Positions 24,887 through 40,350 of a stretch of 64,000 nucleotides of DNA are shown here, piece after piece. The DNA comes from Perna viridis (lineage: Eukaryota): the NCBI GenBank assembly GCA_037379345.1, contig CM074515.1, positions 49,481,743 to 49,545,742 of the forward strand, written 5' to 3'. The notes beneath the pieces were generated by a model. That model searched no databases. It had not been told where the DNA came from and saw only the letters and a list, made by a program, of their open reading frames with translations. Both the position numbers and the translations under genes were made by a program. Every line of letters begins with the position of its first letter. Position 1 is the first letter of the stretch.

Positions 24887-27800
24887 CTGAAAGAAAATGT
24901 TCCACATCAAATCATACTCCATAATGAATAAGTTTACACAATTTATTCATACAACGTCCACATTATTTTTCCAGGGGAATAAAAACATGTTTGGAGTGAG
25001 ACAAGCCATTCAAACTAAGGTAGAAAGTTGGTTCATTCAGGTCATAGCAAAAGGCGGGGATTTCTAATTCCAAACCAGAAGGATAAGAAATACCATCCCA
25101 TCACTTAATTCTATAGTCTGTCTTAAAATAAATTCCACTGTTGTTTCTAGCCTTTAAAATGCTTTTGTATAAAGTAAAAAAATCTTTTGAAAAGATTTCA
25201 CGGTACGTTTACCTTCTCCCCACTGTGGCCTCAATGTGTCTCGACACTTAACACTACACCATATAGTATAGACATGCTATTTTTAGAAGCGTCTGTGGTT
25301 AAAACCTGTGTAGTACTTTTATGATTCATTTGTACAATTTGTTAACCTAACTAACAATGTCACTTTAAACACATATGAATGGTATCCAAGTTTTTACAAT
25401 CCAAAGGTAAACTCATTTTCCCTCCAATATTTTTTTCCAATAATACACAAGATAAATCCCTTTAAAAGTTGCCATTAGATAATTCTAGTACAGATAAGAT
25501 GGCCAACTGACCAATAAGTCATTTCAGGACAAGACCAGTCTGGTGAAACTGGACAATCAAAAACCAATTACTGGTCTCAATGGTCACTCATTGATAGCCA
25601 GCTGAGGTTATGACCTGACCCAGATCGACCTATACAGATGTGCCTAGTGACCCAAGAAACCTTAAATACCACCTTGGTTTTTAATTCATATAGATATATG
25701 TGTAAATCACCAATCAGCAGTTTCTGGCGAGGTTCGCCAGAGGGAACATTGATTGATATGCCCAATTACGAGGGAAAAAATACATAGTAATATGTCAATA
25801 CTGCAATTATGAGATGATTCATTCAATAATCAATAAACAACTCTCTCGGTCAGCTGGCGATCTTCTACCACTATTGTTTAATAAATTTCTAACTCCTCCA
25901 TGGCCATTTATTGTATTGCTTCATATTGTAGTTAGTGATCAAATTACTTCAGAGAAAGAGATCACATTTTTGATATCTTTATTCCATTATCCTTCAAATT
26001 TATTGTAACTTTTATGTGATAAATATTCAATAATTATGATCTCTTTTCTATGCTTCCTCCATTCAATATAGTTCTTTACATTACTATAGATATATAATTT
26101 CAAATCAATGAAAAAGAAACCATTATTAGGACACTGCCTTGAAAACTTTTAACCATAAACAATATTCAAAATATCTTTCAAAGCTTTAGGCGTAACATTA
26201 GTGTAGAAGACTTGTATTTACTTTTTTAGAGGGGGTTAAAATATTTAAATATTTAAATACACACTAGCTTTTTGCTTAAATTTTTTTTTAAAAACTTTAT
26301 AGATTTAAAGTAAACACAGACCTATTGATTTCTCTGTTATTTATTAGGAAGACTAAGTTAAGGTAGGGCCAAAAAAATCAACTAGTACCTGTATGCAAAC
26401 TTATCAATAAATATAAATATTGCAAGAATATTAAAATGTCAGAATTTTTTTTTGGACAGATATTTATGTCCAAGCACCGTGTGATGTTAATCTAAATAAT
26501 TGTGTGTTTATAAAGCTCTAAAGATTAATACCTCTGAGCCATCACACTATTCCTTCCACATATATGGTTGCCTTTAAAAACTAACTGTTAACATGTAAGG
26601 AACAGTTCTTCATTACTTTCCATCAGTAAGCACTATCTGGAAAGAAAAGTATACATGATCAAAATATTATATTTAGTTAGAGATTTATCAATTATTCAAC
26701 AGACAAACTTTTTTCTACAGGCTTGAAATTTTGCCAACATATACGAGGCTTTGACACATACCTATAACATCATATCTTAATACTGTAAAACTTCTATTAC
26801 AAATTTAATATCTCTTGTATATAGTATAACCAAAAACAAAATAACATATGTGGATCCAAAAGGGGGCTCTTAGTCCTCATCCTCCCCGATTATGAATTTG
26901 AAATTTTTCTAAAATGCTATATTGTTGTATGTTAAAGCATTAAAAAACACTCAACACTCAGAAACAAACACAGTCAGTAAACAACCAAGCAATTTATTTT
27001 ATTTAGGATATTTAATCAAACTTAATACTTCTTTTTTTTTAATTCATCAACTTAACATTAAATTTCCAGGAAATCCTCACAGACCTGGATAAGACTGAAT
27101 AGATATGCTTTAAGTAAAACATCAATAAGATATATATATGACATGGAATTTGTCAGAACTAGGTCCTATTTCCACAATAAAGATAGAAACAACTTCATCC
27201 ACACAAATCAGTCAGATATACAGCACACTTCTTCTCAAATCTAAAGTAGCTGGAAATTCTGCTTCTGTCTGAATTAAAATTTAATTGTGGGTCAATTATA
27301 TAATAACAGTCAACGTTGTTTATTTCTGTGTATGATCTGGGGATTCTGGTTTACAAATTATAGTCTAACCTCTCATAAATGATATCCCAAGGGGGAACAA
27401 CATGGTCACAAAAGACAGGTGGTCTTAAAATACAAGTTCATTTTATACAGGCATATCCAAATCAGTCTATTTTAGACAGGTTACAGCTGAATACAGAATG
27501 TACAGTGTTCATCATAGAATAGGACTTGTAAGATGATGTGTTTTCAAAGAAATAATTCATTCATATTAAAGAAACTCCATTCAACATAGACCATAAAACA
27601 GATGAAGATTCTTCTTCCAAATAATAAAGTTATTCATGTATGGACCTTTTTCCCCTTTAAAATTGCTCATAAAAAAAGAAAGAAAACCAGCAACAAAAAG
27701 CTTCAAAACCCCCAACTGAATTATAAAAATCAGAAAAATGCACTCAATTTTGATTTTTTTTTTGCTATAAAATTTTATTTATAATCTACAGTTTTCCCCT

Positions 27801-28662
27801 TAAACACATTGCTCTGTCTTTTGGGGCCTATCAGCATAGAATTTAAACATTTATCAACTGATTTAAAGAAACACTCCAGTTTGTTTACAACAATAGAAGA
27901 TACCCATAGAATTTGAAAAGATTTAAGATGTCTACGAAGCAAGTTAAATGTTTTAAGCCCATAGGCTGTCTGTGGCAGTTTTTTTTTCTCAATCTGGTGG
28001 TCCGTTTCCACATTTTTCTCTAACTCCTGCTTTAATTCTCATCTTTAACAAACATTACACAGTTTTATTTTACAAATGATTCCAAATTTACTGCTTCCAT
28101 ATGTAAAAGTGGACTAAGTATAATTTTTATGGTCCAAAACAAATGTTTTTTTTTGTTTTGTTTTTTTTTTAACTTCAATCTTTGCACTTTTAATGGTAAA
28201 TTTCTATTTATGTAGAAAAATTGCAGTATGAAGGAATGAAACAATCAAATAATGAAACCAAATAGGGCATTGAAATGCCAATAACACAGGACTCATACAG
28301 AAGCCCTAATCTGTCACTAGTACAACCAGATTTCATTGTTTAAAAAAGTACAGCCAACATAAAAATAAGCTCAATATAAAATTTGAGCCTGAAGTCTATT
28401 CCTGTCTTCTGATTTTTTACTCAGTTGGAATGGGTCGTTCATTAATCCAATACCCTCAGAAGACCAACACTGAATCATTTAAATAGTAAAATTCTATGTA
28501 TTCTGATTTCACATCATTCAAATGTATAGCATCAGTCAAAATTTTGTTCAGAATTCCCAACTTTTTGGACTAAAATGTTTTATTTATTTTAATTACACAG
28601 ATATACATAGAAAGACCAACAAATATTAAAGGTACTTGTATAAAAAAATAAAGGGAAAACTG

Positions 28663-29045
28663 TACAGTAAAACCTAGTAACTGCCTATACTGGACAAACT
28701 CTATGGTCCAGACATCTATCTTTACTGGACAAACTAGGGTTCAGACACCTGTCTCTACTGGACAAACTACAGGGTTCAGACACCTGTCTATACTGGACAA
28801 ACTACAGGATCCAGACACCTGTCTATTGGACAAACTGGAGGGTCCCAGACACCTGTCTATACTGGACAAACTCTAGGGTCCAGACACCTATCTATACTGG
28901 ACAAACTACAGGGTCCAGACACCTGTCTATACTGGACAAACTACAGGGTCCAGACACCTGTCTATTGGACAAACTGGAGGGTCCCAGACACCTGTCTATA
29001 CTGGACAAACTCTAGGGTCCAAAAAGGGGTTCAGCTTAGACTGTA
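28663..29045. mobile_element. pogo/Tc1-like MITE (TA-CAGT...ACTG-TA) filled by a ~35-bp tandem array (~10 copies, 28685-29020)
   Basis: Ends TACAGTAAAACCT and GACTGTA; unit CTATACTGGACAAACTACAGGGTCCAGACACCTGT. Confidence 0.7.
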
Positions 29046-32000
29046 GTCAAGATCTCCAGTAAAACTAATCTAATATGGTATATATAGCATTATATGTGCA
29101 TGTCACTATTGGACACAGATCCAGAAATTTTAGAAAGAGACGTTCCATGCTACACTTAACCAAAACTGTCTAAAAAAAAAAAGGAAGATTCCAACATCCA
29201 GAACTGTCAATCCCACTTTTATCTGCCAGTGTCTATCACTATCTACACACACTGAAGATAAAATGAAAAGTTTAGAATTATATATTCAAATTTAAGAGAG
29301 AAGCCTTTTAAATTGCATTTGGCAATCAAAAAAGAGGAAATTATACAAATAGTTATCAGTTTCTCCTTTCACTTATACATATATGTACTGCTGCCTACTA
29401 ACTTAACTTGTCTGGAGATGATAAACCAACATTGTTCATTCCTAGCCTTAGTCACATTATTTTTTTTCAATAATCTGTTTAGTGAGGAATATAAACCCCT
29501 ATGTTTGATGTAATTTCTATGCCGAAAACTTTTATCTACTGTAATAACGAGAGTGAAACTTTTGTTTAAACTTGGCTAGACTTAAACATTACACAGCTTA
29601 AAAACTTCAGTCAATATATTTAAATCTTCAAGTACCATGTATCCAACACACTTGACAAATATACAGTTATAACGTCACCTAAGATTCAGGAACCCGACCC
29701 TGGTTCGGGACGAATTCTAATCGCGATTTGAGTAGCTATGTAAACATTTTACAGACAGTCCTTACCTGTATCAGGTGATCGTCCCAGACAGAACTTACCT
29801 GTATAGTTCACCTGTCACCAGACTGCCTATTGATTTTTGGGAGACGTTCACTATGACAACTCTGATCAGACTTTCTCTAGGTTGAACTGTCTATATCAAA
29901 CTTTTTCTAAGCTTTAGGCCATAAAAAGTCAATTGATTTCAGTGTAATTCTTCAGAAATCAAAGCTTTTGTTCCATCTTAGATAACATGTGTATCATTAA
30001 TATAAAACTATGCTTGCTCTAATAATCTCAGACATTATTAACATAAGTATACTTAGTTGACACCAGCTGGCAAGAAACAAATCTAATGATCAAAAGATTG
30101 TACCAAGTTGTAATTTATAAGAAGTACATGTACCTAATAAACTACATGTACCAAAGAAAAACAAAGTCTGCTGTATCAACAAACAAACAAAAAACAGAAA
30201 CACTAAAAGGTAAAAATCCATACATGTATGCTTATAGTAAAAAAACCAAACAAACTACTTGTATGTTCTACTTCAAGATCTGCTTTTAGAAAAAACAACG
30301 GCCATTATAACAAGCTATACAGAGTGATTCTACAGATATGGTATACACAACATGTTTTAGACTGCAGCCAAAATTTTGGTGTAAGCTTCAGTATTCAATA
30401 CCAAAGCAAGTAACGATGCTGACAAAATAAAAAAACTATTCCAATGGTAAACAGGAAGTTCAAAAATAGTTCAAAATAACCTGGAAACATCTTCCATCTT
30501 CTCAGAACAAAATTTCTGGGTGGAATATTTAGGTAGAGGAAATTACTTCAAGCATGGATACTGACACCATACAGGAGTGACTCTGGATATCTAAACATGA
30601 CAAGTTTTAACAAAAGATTTACATCTCCATTGTGTATACAGGATACTTCTTTGTGAAGGAGAAACATGTCGATCATCCAAATACTGATGACAAAGTTCAA
30701 GATGTTGACCTTCAAGCTACTAATTAACATACATGTACGCATTCAACTAAAACTAGACCTTAGTTCTTAATATTTTAACTGTCTAATTCATTATGTATCA
30801 TCTGAAAGCAGTTTTCAGTTAAAAAGAAACACAATTTGGTGCGTTAAAAGTTCTATCACCAGTTAATTTACCCAGTCATAAGAAACTCCTATTCATCTCA
30901 ATGACTGTTTAAACCCTTACGAGAGTTAAAACGACCATAATCTGTACTCAAAACATTGTGATAAAGAATGAGAAACTAAGTCACCTAAACAATATGGTAC
31001 ATTGAGACATGATGCCTTGAAGGGTCAGTAAAAATGTATGTGAAGTAATATATAGATATGATGCTATATTTTAGAATGATGCCCTTAACACTAACCTTCC
31101 ACAAGGAAAATGACAATAAGTATACATTGTAACATACACAATGTGTTCCTTTCTTTCAGTTTAGCCTAAAGAGAATAGTGTATGGTTATTTTTGCCCCAA
31201 TGGCTGACCCAATGTCATGAGAATAATGTATAATGAAAAAGGTTCTGTGCCTCTAAGCAATGCTTGCCTCTGTTTATTCTCCGTTTATAAAACAATATTC
31301 TGTGTGAAGCAATAGGCTAACATTTCCTAGACATATTGCAGAATCCTCATTTTAAGCTTAGATAAAGGCTGTGCAAATGGTATACTGGGCTTTAGTGTAA
31401 CATTTTTTTAAGAACATGAATATGTACAAACTGATATTATCAAGTCCATGTGTACTAAGAGGACAATGGTTGAAGTATGTCCTGAAAATAAGCCCTGTAA
31501 GTCTCATGAATCTCATAAAATCAGAAAATAATCTAAAATAGGAGTATTCTGGACACAGGAACCACATTTAAATTGATCTTAACTAGAATTTCTGAATAAT
31601 TGTACATGATTATACAAAGCAAATTCTTATAGAATGTCTGTTTACATGTACATGTATCAGTATGAATCATAAATACAGTTTTGGTATTGGCCCTGTGGGC
31701 CCATGATTGGCAAAAGAATAAACTTTCAACTTTCAAGTGAAAGATGATATTCTACCAGATCTGAATAAGCTTCAAAGCAAAAAGGGAACTCTCAAGAACA
31801 GGTAAGCTGGCATGTCTGTACTAATAGGACAACCAAAATGTATTTTTCAGGATTGGAGTCCTGACACAATAGACTGTACAAAGTACAACACCAACTGCAA
31901 ATTAAGATAATGTTAACTATAAAAATTATAAAGCCTTTCAGTGAGACGCAGACAGGATCAATAGTCTTTTGACTACACCTGTTGATAATACAATATTTTG

Positions 32001-32420
32001 GCAACTTCTGGTATTTGAAGACATCTATATTGACTTAATTCCTATCTAAAATCATTGAACACACTAATATATTCATAGCACCTTAATTTATCCTGAAGGC
32101 CATCTAACATCATCTAAAAAGCAATTTGCAGGTAAAAAGAACTTTATCATGGCCTTTTATTTGTACAAGGAAACCCTTAAGATACATGTTAAGGAAGGTT
32201 CATTTAGTAAAACAAACAGACAGACAGATGACGTCAACCAGACCCTGAGGACTGATGAAACAGATTTTCACAAAACACAGCTTAATGTATAAATTATATT
32301 TTCAATGCATCACAGGACATTTCAAGTGAATAAAAAAACAAACATTCAAATAATGCAGCTGACCCTAACAAATAATGCTACTCGACACTGTCAAGATAAA
32401 AGAATTAAGTACTATTCTAT

Positions 32421-32776
32421 GTAAGAATCCGGCAATGGGTGGCACATCATATTTCTCAATTTGGTCTTTTTTGCCTAAAAAATATTCAATTCATCTAGAA
32501 AACAACTGAAAAGCTATTAAAATTCATCCAGAAGCATTGGTTACATAGATATTTTTTGACTGCTTATATAAGGAAGAAGTGCATGAAAATTTTCCCACCA
32601 TTTTTTCATAGTGCATTTCAATTAAATTTGACCAATCAATATCTTCTTAAAAAGGCAAATTTTTCAAACACTTTGATGGTTATTTCTGGAAGTTATTGGG
32701 TATAAATACTTATTTAATGCAATAAAATCTCTGTGTTTTTTCCTTTCATGTGCCACACCTTCTGCCCAATTCTTAC
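32421..32776. mobile_element. Degenerate MITE-like element
   Basis: Imperfect TIR GTAAGAATCCGGCAATGGGTGGCACA / TGTGCCACACCTTCTGCCCAATTCTTAC. Confidence 0.5.
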
Positions 32777-34316
32777 GACGGAGAAGTACTTAATACAGCA
32801 TAGAGAAATTCAATAAATATTACCCAAAAAAAAACTTGAAAAGAGGCATTTCACTTGAAAACAGTTTCAATATGTTATGAAACATAGAACATGTAACAGA
32901 TAGATATGATACCTGACCCACAGAGAACACTCACCAATATGCTTATTTTTTAAACAGCCGATACCATCATTCAATTAAAAACCTACATAATCTTAGACAA
33001 GGAAGTTCATGGTCTTCGAATTTTGTACAACATATACCACCAATTACAAAAATAAGACATAGAAACACCTCATCACTGTGACTTCAAATTCAACGAGTAA
33101 GAACAGATCTGCTCAAGTGATGTGAACCACATTATCTGACATGATCTTCAACACCTAAATTGAGCAGGACAGTAGAATTTTTTCTCTTTTTCTACCCATT
33201 CAAAAAATCAAACCTCTAAACACTAAGTCAAACAAACAACCAGACATTACGTAATTAAATTCCTGCTATATCTGACCTTTTTTGAACCATGGGACAACCA
33301 GAGCTAACACAAAAAACCAGCATAAACTCAACCATTAGGAAAAGCAGATTTATCTAAGACCGTCAAATGAAATGTAAGGAATCATAACTTTGTCAATAAT
33401 TTACAAATGTTTGTCATGCAAGCAATCTGGACAATACATAACAACTGGAAGAAATAGGTAGCTATAGCTTAGAAGTTGATGAACTGATGCTAATATACAT
33501 GGAAAAATTATGGTAGTACGGGTGAGAAGTTGGTCATTTTAAAAGACATAAACCATCAAGAAGAAATTAATAAGTAAATGTAAACAAATCCAACACCAAA
33601 GAAAAACATGAGCTGTCTGATATAGTCTAAGTTACCCTACTCTATGCCAATATTATCTTCTAAGCAGTTTTGTTTGGATTCATTCCCAGATATCAATTGT
33701 CATAGTCAAATATATTTTTGATGTCTCTGGCATAGACATGTTCCTTATCTAATAAAAAGTCTAGAAAAACTTCATATTTTGATTGCTTACTTCAAGCCAA
33801 AGCCAAAATTAGAACCAAGACTGATAGTTCTGGTAGTATAGAGTACCCGTCCTTGTGTTGAACACTTAAACAAAAGCATTTTAATTCTAAATACAGTTTG
33901 GATTTCCTTGGACTAGAATGAAATCAACATCAACCAGAACCCCTCCCTTCAAAAATACAGCAAATCCTGTTCTGCTTAAGATCATTAGGACATTAATATC
34001 CAAGAGTTTAGTATTGTACTTCCAATCTATTTTTCTGCCTTTATTAACAGCATCTCATAAACTATATAATGCATGCATGCACTAACCAATCTTTATTTAA
34101 TAATATCAATTTTTTTCCCTTTCAGTTATCTGTTCCTTAAAAATAAAAAAAATCTATTTCAATTCAAAATATTTAACTTTCCTGAATGTGAGATCAGTTT
34201 TATCATGAGTGAACTTTACACATTTGGCATATAATTTACTGTATTTTCCAGACTACAAGTCAATATTTTTTTTCAGCAAAGTGTCAGCCTCAACTTATCA
34301 TCCACTTTGACTTACA

Positions 34317-35097
34317 CAGTGCGGGAAACCACTGCTCGCCAGCTCGCCAAATACGAGTAGATTTGTATTTTGGCAAGTTCTCATTTGCTCACACTCGGCA
34401 ATTTGGCGGCCGTCATTTGACTGGCAAGTTCCAAGGAAAGTTAACCAGCCAACAGGTTATTTCGTAAAACATCCTTTAACATCATACATTAAAAATATGT
34501 TCATTACATTTTAAGAAGTTTAGCTTGAATATGTTAAGTGAATTTTGGCATGATATGCACAATTTTATTGACTTGTAAAGCATTGTTTACGATCTGCCAT
34601 TTTAATTTCCGGTAAACGGGATGCGCCAAAACCTAGGCGACGGTCCTGATCTCATATTAGTATACAAACGAAATTATCTTGATAATTTATGAAACATTAC
34701 CTTGCAAATTAGTTGTTTATTATCAAAATAGAAATGAACAAGAAGCAAACGATTTTCTTGTTTCATTATGATGAATCTGTTAAATATAATTTAACATAAT
34801 TTTTAAAATATGAGTTCAGAAATGGAGTACTTATTTTGTTACTGTAAAGTACATGAAAAACTTAAATGGGAGGGAATATTCGAAAATGGAAAAGTTTTTG
34901 ATAAATTTAAAAACAAATGAAAAGATAGTTGAAGAAAGAAAAGGGAAGGCAGAAGATAGTCAAATCCAAGAAAAAACAGATGATAATACAGGGAAAAAAA
35001 CCAAAAATGTGGCTAGTTGAATGTATATTTGGCTAGCAAGATTAATATTCCACTAGCCAGAATGGCAAGTTGGGAAAAAAAATGGTTTCTCACACCA
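34317..35097. mobile_element. Degenerate non-autonomous DNA transposon (hAT-like)
   Basis: Imperfect TIR CAGTGCGGGAAACCA / TGGTTTCTCACACCA; subterminal GGC(A/T)AGT and CTCGCC motifs near the ends. Confidence 0.55.
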
Positions 35098-35281
35098 CAT
35101 ATAAGAATTTTTCAAGAAAAAAATGTTCATCTACAATGCATTTCATTAGATTTGTTTACTTCACTTTTAATTGTTTTGATTCAAAATTTTTGGTAAACTG
35201 CAATCAACGAAAGCCGTCACTCAAACATTCAAACCAGTGGTGAAATTTGAATATTATGGATCATTGCCGCTATCCTTTATG

Positions 35282-35554
35282 AAAGAGTAATCAAGGGAAC
35301 CAAGGTTATAGCGATAATCAAAAGAATGTAATCCTGGGACAAAGACCAAACATGGAAACATACACAACAAAGAACAAAAAGTAATTAAATTCATACATAC
35401 AAAGTAACCAAAGCAAATGAGCAACTCGGACTCCACTAAAAACTGGGAGCATGGACCAGGTGCACCGGTAGGGTAAGCGTTCTCTGCTTTTCTAGAAACT
35501 CCCGCCGAGTTGTTCATAAAAAGTCAAGTCCGGGGTAGACAAACCAGGAAAGGA
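35282..35554 (-). mobile_element. Solo 3'-terminal fragment of the same Penelope-like element
   Basis: Reverse complement aligns closely with ~53960-54240 and ends at the same terminus (CCCTTGATTACTCTTT). Confidence 0.9.
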
Positions 35555-38500
35555 ATGAATGAATGCATTGATGTTAATAAATTATAATTAGTTATGGTGT
35601 TATCTAAAAGGCTAATTGCAAACAAATATGTAGGTAACAATTATCTTTTATTGTATTTTGTAAGACCAGGTAATATTGTGTATTAATTACTGCTCTTAAT
35701 TATGACCATTTCATCAAACGAATTTCCCTCCTATTTCACACATGGGTGCCCACGTTTGACATGTTTACAAATTCATACACCTGATGATCTAAGGCTTCAG
35801 AGCCATCGACACGCCACTCAATAAAAATAATTGCACTCCCAGACAAAGTACATTTTAACAACAACACAATTGTTAATTTAATTCAGAAATATAATATTTA
35901 GTAACATCGCTGGAATAATATGCTGTTGAAAACAAACCGCTCAACTCTGATCTCCACTGACACTTACGATATAAATGCACATGTCTAACCCTACACTTAT
36001 CTGCCAAATTTGTCTTTTCTATGTTTTTTTCTGTCGATTTGGTCAAAATTAAGCCATTCGACTTATAGTCTGGAAAATAAGGTATGTAGTTATTTAATAT
36101 CCAAAATAGCCAGAAGATAAACTCTTATACACGTTAAACATATCCTCACTTTTTCAAGTTTAATTTAAAAAATCTGAAAGGGACATTCTAATAAATGTCA
36201 TTAAAAACTTACATTTTTTTATTAGTAAAAAAAAAAAAAAAGAGAAAAGATTTTTTTTTTTAATTTAGTCAAAACAGTTCCCTTCGAATGTATTCTAAGC
36301 CAAACAAAAAATGAAAACAAACTGAAGAAGAACAAAGAATGTTATTCCACAACTTATATAACATCAATATGAATCAGATCTGTTTGGTAGATCATTATAG
36401 AAACAGTAGCATATCTAATTTTACCACAGCTAACATCTGAACCTGGTAAAAATAGAGAAAAAAAAAGCTGTCTCTCTGATGACCCATAATATGCCAACAC
36501 TCCAGAGAAATCATCTTGCCACAAACCTATGATCTAGATATGAAAATCAATGTTCTATGGATAAAAAAATTTCCATCATTTTTTCATTGCATTCTTCAGA
36601 AAAAATATTCATAAGTTAGACATTATGGTTTTTTGCTTTTATCACGATAATCCCTCCTCAACCCAAGCCTATACATCATAATAGGACGTGATGATCTCAT
36701 CGTAAAAAAAAACTTCATTTATATAATGGTTCACTCTGATTATCCATAATATATGGACTAGTGGTATTAATTACAAATTTTTAGGTAACTGAATCCTTCA
36801 TATAAGTAAAGCATTTACTGTTTTGAATCAACTACTTTAACATGCAATATGATTCATTTCTATCTGGAGATTAAACTACGATCCAAAATTTCCACACTTT
36901 TCTTTTTCAAAAAATAATTTGAACACAATTTGTATCCTGACTGTGAAAAGAATATTAAAGCGGAGTTCAATTTTTAGGGTTTTTCATTTATCCCTTTCTT
37001 TTAATCAATTTAGCACCAAACTAACTAGAATTAGCATGAGTATAACATCAAAACAAATCTCTATATACAATACTGTTTTAGAAGGAGCAGCCTTTATTAT
37101 GTAAAAATGAGTGTAGGATCTGCTATTGGAGTTGTTTGAGTATCAGTGAATTTCGTGTCTGGAAGTAGTCTAGTACAGAATATTATCAATTTATCAAAGT
37201 AGATGTTAAAGCTGATTGCTCAGCTGTTACAGGAACAAAAGAAAAAATAGTCCTCATATTAGCAGATAGGTTTAGAAATACCTTTCAAAAAATCTATCAA
37301 TAACTGTATTGACAGATCAAAAACAAAACATTAAAACATGAAAGCCAAGAGCCCTTTAAGTCCATTGACATTAACTGATTGAGTGACCTATTCAAGGCCC
37401 TATGCTACTGTCACTTTAACTAATTAAGTACGATTCTAAATTTTTTTCCCCTCGTTTTATTGATTCTGACCATCTATTTTTATATATCTATTGTCATTAG
37501 GCATATAATATTCCACTCATGGTGTTTACTTTATTGGGGAAGAGTGTTGAGAAAAAAACCAATATTTTTTTTCCTCTGACAAGAAATCCATCAATCCAAG
37601 CATTATATTTATTAAATAAGTGTGGTTCTTTCTTGTTCTTCAGCCAATAATTACTCTGTGTTTGACTTAAATCCCTGGCTTTGTTTATCTGCCAGGCCTG
37701 TCATGTACTATTGATATTCTTATTAAGGTTTTTTTTTTTTTACCTTAGGCTTTTTCCCCAAGCTTTGCTGAACAAGATAGTTGTAGTTGCCTCCCTTTGA
37801 TCTTATATAATCATTTCAACATGGCTGACCATGGAGGAGAAGTATGCAGAGTGATAAAGTCCTATAAAAACAGGAGATTTAGAGATAACACAAACTTCTG
37901 GTAAATTAACAAACCAATATTGCATTCTTAGAAGAGTTTCATGCAAGCAATTAACAAGACAGTTACTGATTACTGATTACACAGCTTACAATCAAAATGT
38001 ATTGAGTTTTCTGTGAATAAACACCAGATATTGTGCACATGATCCATAACATCCACTGCACTTACTATGTGGCATGAGATGCCAGAATGCATCATTTCTT
38101 TCATTTTGTATTGTGACATATCATTGCATAATGAAAAGAACTCCACAGTGGTGTCACAGTAAGAAAGACAACAATTCGATTCATGATAATACCAAGTATA
38201 TAAATTTTAAGCTTTACATTCTCAAGTTTTTCTCTATATTTGATACACGATGGAAATTGAGGTTTTGAAAACATCAAAGAGTTCTACTTCCCTAAAAAAG
38301 AATTCATTAATGTACATTATTGCAGTCTACACTCTAACCACCAGCCAATTGGCTTAAGCCAGAAAAGGTGAAATTTTTCAAAAATTTTGTGAAAATTACA
38401 TAAAATGTTGAACATGTATAGAAATCTTGACTTTTTAACTTGTATGTCAAAACAATGTCTCTGACATTAGTCATACAGCGGATTCAATTAAACATGAGAA

Positions 38501-40350
38501 AAACAAAAAATGAATAGAATTGTCATTTTTAATGTTGTTTAATATTGTATTCCAAATTTAACTGAATTTATGTATCTGATAAGTACTCTATTTATCTCTG
38601 TATAACAGATGTCCCTTAATTAACTTTAGTAACTAATCCACATCAACATTCCTATTGGAAATTTGGAATGATTTTTGTTAAAAACAAATATTAAAATATT
38701 TCTTCCATTTTTAATATAACGAACTTCTGTTCTTTAATATATTGTCCTAAACTGAGTGCCCCCTTTAAGATCATAAATTGGATAAACAATGAGAATAATG
38801 TATAATATGTGGTATCAATACCGTTTCAGGCATTTGATGATTTGACCCTAAGAAAGTCTTACTTTTATCAAAACCAAGGGGAGATAAATCAATATATCCA
38901 ATACCAACTCTAATTAAACAAAAACAAAAGCTTGAAATCTAGCATCAAAATAAAAGTTCTTGAAAGAAAGACAGCTTCAGCCTCGATTGATTTTTTTGTT
39001 CACTACAGAATATATTGTTAAAACCTACATTTCCTGGCTGGTAATTATTAGAAACCACTAATGATTTAACAATAGTGTGACAAGACGTCATTATAAGTTA
39101 GAGACTTGTCGTCCTCTCAAGGGAATACTATCTTCTTTTTGCTAGACTACCATTAGGAATTAGAATCCAAAAATATTAGTCTCAAGGATAAAGGATTTAC
39201 AATGTCTTAAAAGATAAAAATAAGCTTTTGTCAGTTAAAGTCTAGTCACAATAACGATGTGCATATAATGATTTTGCCAATAAGGTAGCATTTCAGTTTA
39301 TCTTCTATAATCTCTTTCCTTACTTAGTAGCACTTGTTCTTTTCCTCTTTGTAGAGATGATAAAATAGTGCCTTTTCTAATTGATGAATGAAAGAAATAT
39401 ACTTTGTTTAAAATTAGGAAGTTTGGTAAATATTTGATAAGAACTGTAATTTCCCAGGCATTGAAGGAATAATGAGATACTTAAGAATACATGATATTTT
39501 CAAGAAATTTTGAACAATGAAATTTATAGTCATTGCTTAATAAAAAAAAATAAGATTTCAAGATTCATTTCTTCTTATGTAACCAGGTTTTTATTGCTAT
39601 GTAACTGTTGAGATGTTTATTTAATCATACATACTATGGCTTGTGTATTAAAGTAAGAACAATTGTTTACAACCATTCCAGCAAACAAATATTTATTTGA
39701 TCTGTATGATAACTTTTCAACTATAAGACTGGTAGGCAGCAACCAATATACAACTTGCAAACAGGAAAAATGCATACTAAAATTGTTTCATTCAAGGGAA
39801 AATCACCAATAAAATCCTTACACCTACCCCACTTTTTTTTACAGTTTGCTTTAAAAGGATAGAATTTTTAAGGAATTAACAGTTCATATGATCTTTATAA
39901 AAAGTCCCAATATCAAATTTTCATTAACAAGAAAAATAGAGTTGTTCCTCTTTCATCCAAGTACTGAATATTAATAGGATAATGAATAACCAAAATGTGA
40001 CCACCACTGCCAAAGAAGGCTTAGATTTAATGAGTGTGCAGAACTGGTTCCATGCACTAGTTAAATCTCAATGCGTTCTTGGCACAAATGATTATATTAT
40101 GGTTAATCATGATAACTAATTAATTATCCTATTTATTACATAGATTTTCTTTTTTTTTGTTGCTATTTTTAAAAAAAAATTAAAATTTTGTAAATGGCAG
40201 ATTGATATACATGTTGTGATGTTTTGGCAGGAGAAAGTCCAAGAGTGAAATTACCAAATTCATTTCACGTGTAAATTATCAAAATTTTCAAACAGGGAGC
40301 AATCAGTAAATCACTGCTTTCTATATATAATGAATTCTACTATAAAACTG

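Noticed and set aside
32244-32270. CTGAGGA...GAAAC resembling a hammerhead ribozyme core
   Set aside because: No stem II closing pair and no flanking stems I/III.
35254-35517. 87-aa ORF
   Set aside because: It is the retroelement 3' UTR; the other copy lacks the ATG (CTG at 54000).
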